This document shows positions 1 to 12,420 of a stretch of DNA of 64,000 nt, piece after piece. Each line of letters opens with the position of its first letter. Position 1 is the stretch's first letter. The notes under the pieces were generated by a model that had not been told where the DNA came from, did no database searches, and saw only the letters and a program-made list of their open reading frames with translations. Both the position numbers and the translations under genes were made by a program. This DNA is from the human T2T-CHM13v2.0 reference genome, Homo sapiens, in NCBI RefSeq assembly GCF_009914755.1, contig NC_060925.1; one strand, 5' to 3'.

Positions 1-3000
1 ACCTATTCTAAACATTTTTGAAAAGTTTTTGCTATCATAAAAAGTAACTTTATTAATCATCACTTCAGCTAAGATTCACAATGTCACAGGAGCACACTTA
101 CCTTTTCAAGTTAAGCTCTCATGATACAGTTCTTTCTACTGAACTATATAGAAAGAATTTCTACATTTCTTTTTATTATTTCCTCATTTACTAAATGCAT
201 CTGGTGCTGAGGAGAGCCTGAAACTGTATGTTACATGACACGACTGTAAGGCAAATTCTTCTTCACTGCTAATGATAATGGCTGCCAAGTTATCGAGTTT
301 TTACTGTGTGTCAGGTACTGTAATTTACATAAACTAATGAAACTCTTTGTCCCAGTGTTCACTATTGGTCACCTTGCAGTTACTGGATTCTGAAGACAAG
401 CAGAGACCACAGCAACATGAAAGTATTTACTTATAACCTTAGTCCTCATTCTGATACACTTTTTCCCAAATTAACACTAGTGTCCATCCCCACCCATTAC
501 ATGAATGCAGAACCCAATAAATTTTCCCATAAACATCTGGTCATATAAACAATGGATATACCATGCAAATACAGTGCATATTTATTGCAAGTGAAATTGC
601 CAGTCTTAGGAAGGATATAGGATTCCATGAAGTCAGTGAAACTGATGATGTAAAGCTTTTCATCACACCTAAAGTCATTGTCAGTTTAGAATTTAACAGA
701 AATTAAAATTATTAATTACTAAAGAAGAGGGAAAAACATAAGCTTACATCAGAGCCACTTCAAAAGAAAGACAAGAAACTAAGAGACCCTCGGAATAATG
801 TATAAAACTCTCAATTAATTCTGCAATAATGGCTCCATTTATGATCTTGAATCAAAGCCAAACCTAAATCTTGGGTGGTGTGTAAAGCTATTAACATAAT
901 TTTATCAGAAAAATATACCCTTCCCAAAAATATCAACACAAACTATTTTTATTCATTCCAAGAACTCAATTATTAATGTAGCTTAAACTTTGTTAATAAA
1001 ATATCCTTTCACAACTTTAGTTTATGACAGCTTAGAATCTTAATCAAACCTTTCTATCATTATGTACTATGAAATTTTAGTATCCATTTAAAGTACCTTA
1101 ATTGTTAAATGATTTCTCTGTTATTGACTATCCTCAAATAACAAGAACATAGAACATCCTATATCATCATATTTAATCCTCCCAATGTCTGTAAAAGGTA
1201 CTATCTTCATTATACAACATGATGAAGCTGAAACTCAGAGAGGTCAGATAATTTTTCAGGGTCACAGGGTAAGGGTAAAACCCAGATTCAAAATTAATTC
1301 AATCTCTTTCCAACATTCTTTCCCTTTGTCACTGCATTATGTATAACATATTCTATAAATTACTGTAGAATTGGGTCTCATTTATCTTTTCCTAATTCTA
1401 ACTAATATAATCAGCTTTTAAAGAAAAAGCTAGTCTAATTTTCACTCTTTGCTGCTTCATACATCTTCTGGAGCATCGTCTGTCTTCTATGCACTCTGAG
1501 ACTTTCTGATGTCTCCATCTGTTGGTTATATCCCTGCATTGTCATCCCTGGGCATAAGGGTCATTTGCCTCCTGCCTGCAGCAGATCTGGTAGGGTGGGC
1601 AGTTGTTTGGCCTGATAGCCTGCAAAATGGGGACAGTCTTTAAACAAATCAGACCACTCTCTCCTGCTGCCCATGCTTCAGATTGTGTTTTCGGGGTGAC
1701 TGTTTCCAACCTCAGATGAAGAGAAGGTAAAATATGCAGTTCTTATGGCATCTGGCATTAGTGGTGCAGATCCTTCCTTGGATAAGATTGAGAGCACTGG
1801 TATTATTGTCCTAATTTAGCAGAGGTGAAGCTAGAATCATTGACCAGCTCAGGTCAAATATTGAAGAAGCACAGTCAAGACTGAAGCCTACACCCTCTGA
1901 CACCCTCCTAGACTCCTTATTGCAGATTTTTGTTATCTGAATTTAAGCAGGTTACTTAAGCACTCTAGCTTTCCCCATCTGTAAGAAAGAGACGTTTAAA
2001 ATAGCACTTACTTGGTGAGATGGTGGTGCAAATTAAGGGAGATAACACATGTGAATCATTGCACAGAATTTGAACACATTACATAATAGATACTACCATT
2101 TATTGTTAATTTTGTGACAAATGCCACAACACCCCTGAGGGAGCCACTAGTTTGACATAAATTCACATTAAATGTAAAAACCACTGAAAATACGTTGTCT
2201 TCATGAGCTAGCTTTGATGACAGAAAGTGCTAAACTTCAACATTGCAAAGTGGAAGAGATTATACGGAAAATGGAGAAAGTGCACAGGAAGGGGAGACTG
2301 GCCTGCCCGAACGCAGGCTTGCTCACTGCACATGATTGGCGGAAGTGCATAGGAGGCAACCTGATTAAACTCAGGAGGTAAACACTCCTTTATTTATAAA
2401 GGAAACCTTCTTATACTTGTATTCAATTTCTGTACCTGTGCATTTTGCTTTTTTTCTCTTTCCTCTTTTTTTTCTAATTTTTTCTTTCTCTTCTAAAAAG
2501 TCTCTTTCTCTTCTTTAAACACTTACATATACAGTCTGTTCTCCTTCCCCACGTTCATTTTTCATTTGTCTTCCCATGAAATGCTTTCATAAATTAAGGA
2601 CCTCATCTTTTAAAGATGTCAGATGTCATACTGCTGTTAAGAATTTAAATTATTTTTAGTCTCAGGCTGTCTACATGTGTACATCTGTGTGACCTTGCTT
2701 GGTAATGAGAGTCACAGAAAACCGCCTTTCAGAAAACACACAGTCACACACTGGTGACTCTCTGTGCCCTCTTCCATTCCTCAGAACCCCCTCAAAGTGT
2801 GCATGTCAATTGCTTCCCAGTACTCTGGAGATGCTTTTTTGTCGGAGGTCCACAGACTAATGGCAGCAACTCATCCTTCTAGGGGGTATCACAAACACGT
2901 TATCAGGTTCCTAAGATAACTCTCTCCTGACTTCTATGCTCCTTGAGCAAGGTAGGGAGGAGGGTGGCATCCAGAGTCAGTCAGTGCTTGGTTTGCATCA

Positions 3001-6000
3001 CAGTTCTGTTTTGATTGTTTACTTGCCAGGTGACAATGGCAAGGCTATTGAATTTCTTGAAACCTCCATTTTCTCATCTGTAAAACAAGGGCAAGAATGC
3101 TACTTACCTTATAGCACTCATAAACTTACCTTATTACCAGGATTAATAATTAATATAAGTAAAGTCCTTTGAATAGTGGTTGGTATGCAGTAAGAGATAG
3201 AAATTTTCATTGCTACTACAATTACCATTAAGAGAGCCAGAAAATCTAGGATTGAATTTCAGCTTCACCACTTACCAGCAGAGTTACTTTGGGCTAGAGA
3301 TAATGATACCTAACCTGTGTACACTCCAGTGTACAAAGAACATAAAGCCATATTAGTGTTTGATTTTTGTTGTTATTGAAGGACAGACATAAAATCCATG
3401 TCAATAAATACTGCCTCCATTGAATTCTTTGTAAATTATTATTAACAGCAATAATATAACAATTACAATATTAAACTGTTCTCTAACTTCATGTAGTGTT
3501 TCATTTGTAGTTAATATTATAATCCCCTTTTATACAATAAACTCCATAGGGGGAAGGATATGCCTCATACATTTCTCTGTATCCCTCGGCACCTAGCACA
3601 ATGTCTAATTATTACAGGAACTCATATTTTAATAAATTAATTATGATTATTCAAATAATTTGTTTATTTGAATAAAATAAACATGCATTCAACCAACTTT
3701 ATCTCCTATTGACACAAGTATTATCAAGCCACCAAAATCAATATAATAGCCACCTATGTGATATGTGAAAAATTAGGCACACATGCGCAGATTATATGAT
3801 AGAATTTTAGTGATGGAAGGAAGCTGAAAGAATTCTACGCTAACTCCATGCTCAGTGAAGAATTCTATTTGTTTTGTATCTCCCTTTGTTTCTGCCTAAA
3901 AACCTACTCAACTTCAAAGAACCAACTCTAATTCAACAACCTCAGTAAAGCTCACCCTGACAAAAATGACAGCAACAAAAACAATAATATTAGTCATATG
4001 TTTTCAAGTACATACCATGTTAAGTACTTCACAAATGCTATCCTACTTGATGTTCACCATGCGCCTTTAACATTGATACTATCTTTATACCATTTTAAGA
4101 TGAGGAAACTGATTACAGAGAGATTTAAATACATTGTCCCTCGACATACAGATGGTAAGCCAAAGAGCCAGGATTCACACCCAAGTCTATATGACTCTAG
4201 AGTCCAGGTTTCCTTTATTAAATCAACTAATAGCATCTGCTTTACCACTCATTTGGTAATTAATCTTTCAGTGAAATAATCCCATAATGATGTCACTTGA
4301 ACTATTGTCTTACCTAACCTCTTGTTGGCATACATTATTGTTATTTAGTTTTCCATATGTCTTTTTTCCTGAAAGACTACATATTTGTGCCCTCACCATC
4401 TTGTACATGGTAGTGTCTCAGTAAATATGACAGAGCCACCCAAATCTCCAGTGAGGTTATGCTGTTTTCAGGGCAGTTTATTTTTCTGTTAGAAAGTTGT
4501 TCTTACTGTAAAAATTCTAAATGCCTATAGACAACTTAAAATCATAGAATCTTAAAACACAGACATTATGCAGTCTATTGCCTTCATTTCATGATTGAGA
4601 GAACCTTAACACCTAAGGTTAAGAGATTTCCCCAAGGCCACAGAGCTCTTAACTTGCAGATCTATAGCCTTGAACTCTGGTCTCCAGAGTCGCAGTCTGT
4701 TAATATTATTTCAGTTATTAGAAAAAAGTTTCCAGGCCCCTCTTAGTCTTCTTAGGCCATAAGGCTTGAATTTCTCATTATCTTGGACACTTTTCTGGTT
4801 TTAGCCCTGTTTTCCAATAATGCTACTAAACAAAAACTCTCTGAGGTGCTATGGGGGATGAAAGCATTCATTTATTACTCATATCATTTTTATTGAGTAT
4901 AATCTTTATGCAAAATACCTGGTATTCTTGTCAATTAAACATTGATCTGCCTTTTGATTTGGTCATTCTACTTTGTAGGAATAAATTACATCTTAAGGAA
5001 ATTAAAAAAGGAACACAATACCAGTTTAAACAAAGATGGATTTAGATTGCTATCTAGAAGTGGTTCAACATTTGGATAATGTTTGTAGAATAACAAATAG
5101 TTGTGGAAAATGATATGTAGACCAAATAGCAATAAGGAATATTGTAAGTGGGAAAAAGTAAAACACAAAATGGCATATCAATTGCAATGTATAGGGATGT
5201 GAAGAAATTAGGGTTGTAAATTTTGGATCCTTAAAGATAAGAAGGTTCTTTAAATGTTTGTTGTTTTCTGTGTTTCTGCTTCCCTGGCATCATTGGTCAG
5301 TTCTACAATAAGGACTATAGTGCCCAGAAGTTAACATAGCTAGAGGATATGTTGTTGTTGGGGGGGCGTGGGGGAGGTGGGTAAGGAGAAATGGGTCTTG
5401 ATCATGCCACAGATGGCCTTGTGTATCATTACACTGAACAGTGTGGTCTCTGACTTGTGGTTGTGTGTTCCAATTGCCATCTGCGAGCTTTAAAACAAAG
5501 CACACAAGCAAACAAAAAGCACTACGACCATCATTTCTAGTGATGTGTCTTACTCATCCTTTGATATAGCCCAAGCTAGGCAAGATGTTTAGAACTCAAC
5601 AATAGAAAATTGATGATCAACTAAAACCTCCAGGTGCTTTTTTTCACATATTCTTCTACCAAGCAAGTTTTCACCAAATCACAATTGTTTCATTAATTTT
5701 AAACCTTGATATATAAGAACTTTACACTTGTTTCTGCTGATATTTTTCTTATAAGTTCCAGTTCAGTACCTCAAAAATATAAGAAAATTTTTAGCACTTT
5801 TAATGAATCTGCCATGATGATCATCATAAAAGTAGCTAATCATTACTGAGTGCTTACTATGGTTCAAGCGCGGTGCTAAATGCTTTGCCTCATTTTATCC
5901 TCAGAACAGGCCTACAAAATGGGTATCATGACATCATCCCTGCCAAAGATCATTTAGATAACAAGTGTCAGAGACAGGACTCAATCCCAGGTATGTCTGA

Positions 6001-8294
6001 TGCTAAATCCCATGCTCTTAGCCACTACCATGTGCCATTTCTGAGCACTTTATTCAGTTTCATCCAAGCCACCAAAGAGCCCAGACTAGGGACCAATCTC
6101 TGAGATAATCCACTAGAGAGTTCCTTCGCAATGGATGTATAGCTACTGATTCATGCTCATTGGATATTGTGATTTATCTAATTGTCAATTCACTTGGCAA
6201 GACTATGATCCACACAAATTTTACTATTTTATTCACAAGACTATCATAGAAGACTATTAAATGCTTTGCAGAATTAAAAAATATTATGATGATGACATTC
6301 CCTTTATATACCAATATCTGCTTTTCTCATCATTTTTATCTTTTTTCCTAAGAAATCTCCTCACCTACATTATTGTCTCCTTCATTAAATGATGCACCAC
6401 ACTTTGAGCCTTGGTTCTATCAAACTGTAAAATGAAGACAATACTTACTTCATACATTTACATAGCTAGCATGCTCTAAACTCAAGTCCATTGTTTCAAA
6501 TACTTCAGAGGCCTCCCATCTTCCGTTCAGGGTGTTCTAACCCCAGTTCCAGGACCCCAAGAACCTCAGGAAATTTATGATTCTACTTTAAATAATAAAA
6601 ATGATGTTTATATGTGTGCTTTGCTCTGAAAAGTATTCTTAGATTTGTATTAGATTATCAAAAAGGAATTATGATTTTAATGACTATAAAGACAAATTTT
6701 CCTAAATATTTATATAAAACTCTTCATGACCTAATTGCTAACTCCCCAAGCCTCATTTGCTTCCACATGTCACCCTTCAATACCCACCACACTCACATAC
6801 ACACACAAATACCACACTTCCCGTGGTTTCTTAAAATGTGTCTGCTCAGTTCCACACGTACATAGAAGGTGGACCTCCTTCCTTCTACACTTAGTAAGAT
6901 TATCTTCATCCTCAGACCTCAGCTCCAATATCTTCTTAATGAAACTTTCCCTGACCTATACAAGCATCATTAAGTGCTTTCATAGAGCTTTGCTCATTCT
7001 TTGAAAGAATTTATCAAATCACTGTATTTGAATGTAGATTTATCTATCCTCCTCACCAAACACCAAGTTTCAATCACATAGTGGCAATGACCCTGATAGA
7101 GTGGCAACAGTCCAGCCCTCTTACCACTGTGGCCTCAACAGTTAGAGAAGCCATTCTTCTCCAGAAGCTGGTAGTTGCTCAATAAACATTTGAATTAATG
7201 AGTGATGAAATAAACTGAACAACACCATTACAAAATAATGGCCTGTGTTTATTGTGCCTTTACGGTTTATAAATGTGCATAAACCTTACTTTTCTGAGAC
7301 CCAACCATGGATAATTCAACATGTATTTAGTGAAAGGCCAATATCATCCAGGCTGGGTTTTAGGTACTGTCAAGGTCTCATTACAGAAGCTAATGCCATT
7401 GTTCCTTCCTTTTAAAATTTAGAGCTCCGTGGGCAGAGAAGACTTAGCCATGCACACTCCAACTTCAGACTCACCCAGTGGCACTGTAATTGCCCACTTG
7501 GTACTATAATTGCCTACTAAGAAGGCAAAATAATAACGTCCTCAGAGTCTAAGCTTTGAACTCATACATACCCCAGTGCCAATCTTAAACTTTATGCATA
7601 CCAGCTGTGCAGGACTGAACAAGTTGTATAAAGTCTTTGAGCCTTGGTTCCATCAAACTGTAAAATGAAGACAACATTCACTTCATACATTTACATAGGC
7701 AATATATGTAAAACACTTAGTAAGTGTGCAACAAATAATGTTAATGGAGGTCATTAAGATTAGTGAATGTTGATAATGCTGATGATCGGAATGCTGCTGC
7801 TGATGGTAACTCATTGAGGACAACGACCATGTGTTTTTGAATCCCCAGCACCTACCATAATACCTGATACATAGTAGATATTAGATATTAGATAACTGTT
7901 TGTTAAATTAATTGTCAATTGCCAAGTCCAAGATATTGAAAGCCAAGAGGAGATAAAAAAGAGACTAGCATGAACTAGAGTGATCAAGGGAAGCTTTATT
8001 GAGGAGGGAGGTGTACAAATGGTAGATTATGTTCAGACTTGGAGAAGAGGACAAAAGTTATTGAAGGCAAAAGAAAACAAGCCTAACACTAAAGTAAGTA
8101 GTCTATGCTGGGAGTGGGGTAGAGTAAATGCATTTTGTTTGGCAGGAAGGGGAAGCAGTGAGTATTACCAAAACTTCACTGTTCAATACCATGCCTAGAG
8201 ATCAATAACAAAAAAAAAATCTTAAATGTTGATACTTTTCAGAAGCTACGGGTTACAGCAAAATGATACAGGAAACTGTTTCATTTAGTACACT

Positions 8295-8570
8295 GCATGG
8301 GTATAGTGGGAAAAACATGAGTTTTATAGGGAGATAAACCTAGGTTTGAATTTTTGTTTTGCCATTTAACTAACTATATTATCTTGGGCAAGTCACTTAC
8401 ATGGAGCTTCTGTTTCCTCTTCTATAAAATGGGAATAATCATACCTATCCCACAGGGCTGATGTGGAATTTGAATGAGATTATTCATGTAAGGCACCCAT
8501 GTTCATACAGACATGCCTTGCCCATGTCTGCATGAACACCTGTATATAGCAGGTGTTCAACAGACATGAG
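8295..8570 (+). mobile_element. MIR SINE (one of many MIR fragments)
   Basis: MIR core: ttgggcaagtcactt...tctgtttcctcttctataaaatgggaataatcatacct...aatgagat. Confidence 0.7.
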
Positions 8571-9181
8571 AGCTGCTGTTATTTTTAATAGTGTGAATTA
8601 GTGCATTTATGTGTTGTGGTAAGTCGATGTGTATAGTTTGGTTGTCTATGTTTTTGGACATGTAAACTTGAGCTTACTTGATCTGAGAGTAACTGGGCTT
8701 TTTGAAATGGAAATAATCCAGAAAAAAAAAGTGGGTAATGTGATACCACTTGGCTGCTATTCAAAATGAAGAAATGAAAAATGTTTTGAGTATGGGCAAT
8801 TGATTGGAATGAATGCTCAAATAGGAAACTAATAACTGTCTTTATTAACCACCTGCTGTACAAACTGTCATGCAAATACTGCCTTATGTTTTATGAGAAA
8901 CATTTGAAAACCCCTGTGACTTTGTTCTGCTTGGATTTTCTTCTCTGTAGCAAAATACATAATTGAATTAATTTCAAGTGTGTTTGTCTGTAAACCAGCC
9001 AAATATTTCCTTTTAAATACTTGAGCTCTATGTTGAATATACAGAGTTACGGTTCTTAGCACATTTTGTTTTACATTAAGGGGTAGATTTTATTCCTTAA
9101 TCCTTTAATGGGCTTTTAATTTCACATATACTAAAGTGTCTCCTATTTTCATAATAAATGAAAATTTTTCATTTCATGCAG

Positions 9182-9293
9182 GTTCTTCCAGGGGACCCAG
9201 CCCCCTAACCATGGGAGCTCAGGACACTCTCCCTGTTGCAGCAGCATTTACAGAAACAGTCAATGCCTATTTCAAAGGAGCAGACCCAAGCAA
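9182..9293 (+). CDS. SGIP1: SGIP1 coding exon (G)[36 protein letters not shown](K), start of mu-homology domain
   Basis: Acceptor ttcatgcag|GT at 9180-9181 and donor AA|gtaagc at 9294; 112 nt, phase 1 to 2; translation matches the SGIP1/FCHO muHD N-terminus as recalled. Confidence 0.96.
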
Positions 9294-10333
9294 GTAAGCC
9301 TGATACTTGGTCCATTGTACTTTCTGAGTTCTGTCCTATTGAGTGTGGAACAGCCTAAATACAACCTTTTCATTTTTTCTTTTAAAAAGCAAAAAATAAT
9401 TCAGTTAGCAATAGTAGATGGCACAGCTAGGAGAGAGGTGAAAATGTCATTAGGAATATTGATTTCATGCTTTTAAAAAATGTATCAAGAGAATTTACTC
9501 TAGAAATCTTTGATTCCATTTTGGTTCTAGAGAACTTACTCTAGAAATCTAGAAATCTTTGATTCCGCTTTGGTTGCAAGTAACAGAAAACTCTAACCCA
9601 GTCTGTCAACAATGAGGAAATTTATTGTCTCACAAAAGTAAATGTGCAGATCATGTCTTTTATTGTCTTAATCTTTCCTGGACAGGAATCACCCACATAT
9701 AAATTAAAACAACGGTTCACTGGGATGAGAACATGAAAGAAAAAACACCTTCTCAAAACACACGAAGTAGCAAGGGAACAAATTTTCTGTGACCCCTACT
9801 AAATAAGGAAAAACTGGCCAAAAATGAAAGAGAAAGAAAAAATTATAACAGAGCAAAGTAAAAATTCTAGGGAAAATTCACCACTTTCTATTTACATGAG
9901 CCTGATTTCACTTATACATGTACATACTGACAATGGACTTGGTCTGAATGCATATGTGATGTAATTAAATATTTGGCCTCTTGCTAAGGAATTCCATGGA
10001 TAGGATTCAGAAAATCAATGGTTTCCCTGAAATTATATTGTGTATTTTATGTGTGTGCATGTGTGCATTATTCTATAAAAAGAGTCTATAATAACATTTA
10101 TCACTTAACAAAGAGATTTGTAATCCAAAAAAAGATTAAAAGTGATTAGTGATCTACACCAAAAACTAAACAACTAAGTCAGACTTATTTTCAATAGTGT
10201 CATTAATATAATTCCAGGCCTGAATTTGATCAATAAAGGGGAAACCTAAGTGAGGAAAGAATTGCTCTTAATTTTTTTACTTACAAAGACTAGGGCTTTG
10301 AAAAACTTAATATTTATGACAATAAGAACTGGA

Positions 10334-10628
10334 GACCAGGCATGGTGGCTCACACCTGTAATTCCAGCACTTTGGGAGGCCAAGACAGGAGGATTGCTGA
10401 GGCCAGGAGATCGAGACCACCCCTGGCAACATAGGGAGAGCCTGCCTCTGCAAAAAATACAAAAATTGGCTGAGCGGGTGGTGCACACCTGCAGTCCCAG
10501 CTACTTAGGAAGTTGAGGTGGGAGGGTTGCTTGAACCTGGGAAGCAGAAGCAGCAGTGAGCCATGATCACACCACTGCACTCCAGCCTGGGTGACAGAGC
10601 AAGACCCTGTTTCAGAAAAATAAATACA
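10334..10628 (+). mobile_element. Alu (AluJ-like), full length
   Basis: Dimeric Alu with A-rich linker and tail; aactggag on both flanks as a probable TSD. Confidence 0.9.
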
Positions 10629-11269
10629 ATTTTAAAAACTGGAGAAGAAAAAGTCGATGTGTATATAGAACACTAGACTATACTATAAAAATTTTTTGAA
10701 ACAGTGATAATTAAATATAATTAGAACTTGGATCTCCATATATATTTTAAGTGGAAATTGGTATAACTAATCATGAATCCTCTCGACACTTCAGAAACAC
10801 TAGTTTTAGACGTAAAACTCGAAATCTAACAATATTATACTGGAAAACTAATACAATTAGTAACTCCACCTTTAAGTGTACTAGCCAGCCACTAGGATCT
10901 TTCAACTTCATGTCTCTTTAAACAACATCTAGGTTTCATTCTATGCCCAGAATATTATAGAGAAACAAGCACTGTGGACCCTGGATTTTCCACGTCTTTT
11001 CTCTTTCATCTTCAAAACAGAAAGGCCATTTGCCACATCCCCATATCAATAGAAATCACAAGCTACCTCCTATAGAGCATACGTCTGAACTGTTAAGGCA
11101 AGTAGACATCATGAGCGTTAGCTGTAGATATGCTTTATTCATACGTATTTGTTCTGTAGAATCTTCTTTGGACAAAGAATTTGCATAATTTTCTGTTATT
11201 CCAGTTCTAAGAAAATTTATCACTGACTACTGACCTTATACCTTAGAAAATCACGTTGGCCTGAATTGA

Positions 11270-11596
<327 letters not shown>

Positions 11597-11744
11597 AGAA
11601 TTGCCCTTTTGAAAAATAAGAGTAGTCAGGAGTGAATGTATATACCTGAGTGAAAACCGCTGGGGATCACACAAGAATGAATTCATCTTTGTCTGCTTCC
11701 TAATTGGCTTTCATTCATTCATCCACTAATTTATTCAGAGAGAT

Positions 11745-12420
11745 CTAATTGGTCTCCCTTCTTCCGCTTTTGCACCCCTACAAAGTCTCAACATATCATG
11801 TCACTCTTCTGCTCAAAATCCTCCCATCTTGTTCAAAGTAAAAACAAAATGCTTCATAATACTCTTACAAGACCCTCCATGATCTGCCCTTCGAGACTCC
11901 CCCAGCCTCACCCCGTGGCCGTGTCTCTGATCCCATCTCCATCACTCCTTTCCTTATCCCTGACCGTGCCTCCAACCCTCACCTCCATATTCACTCCACT
12001 CTAGCCACATGGCCTCATGGCGTCTCTCTTCCATCACCCCAACCCACCTGCACCTCATGGGTTTTCATTTGCTTCACTTTCTGCCTTCGTGAAATCTTCT
12101 CCTAGGTTCTGAGTGACTTGTCCCCTCATTCCCTTCATGATTCTTCAGTAAATTTATCAAAGAGACCTTCTTTGTCCATCCTATATAAAATAACAACACC
12201 GCTCCCCACCCCGTCAACATTTTCTTCCTCTTTACCTCATGTTCTCTGTCTCCATAGCCCTTCTCTCTAACATCTTTTATGTTGTTGTTGTCCATTATTT
12301 GTCTTCTCCCCTACTAGAATGTAAATACCATGAGAGCTGGATTTTGCCTGTTTGGTTCACTGTTGTGTCCTCAGCTAAACAGGACAAGGCATATTTGCTG
12401 AACAAGTTGAATTGAATTAC
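11745..12420 (+). mobile_element. L2 LINE 3' fragment
   Basis: L2-type pyrimidine-rich sequence ending ctagaatgtaaataccatgagag...tgtttggttcactgttgtgtcc...tatttgctgaa. Confidence 0.6.

Noticed and set aside
1682-1726. Possible 45-nt exon (cttcag|...GAAG|gtaaaa)
   Set aside because: Contains an in-frame TGA in phase 1, and such site pairs are common by chance.
8592-8624. Possible 27-nt microexon ending at TG|gtaagt
   Set aside because: Weak acceptor context and an immediate TGA in phase 1; no other support.
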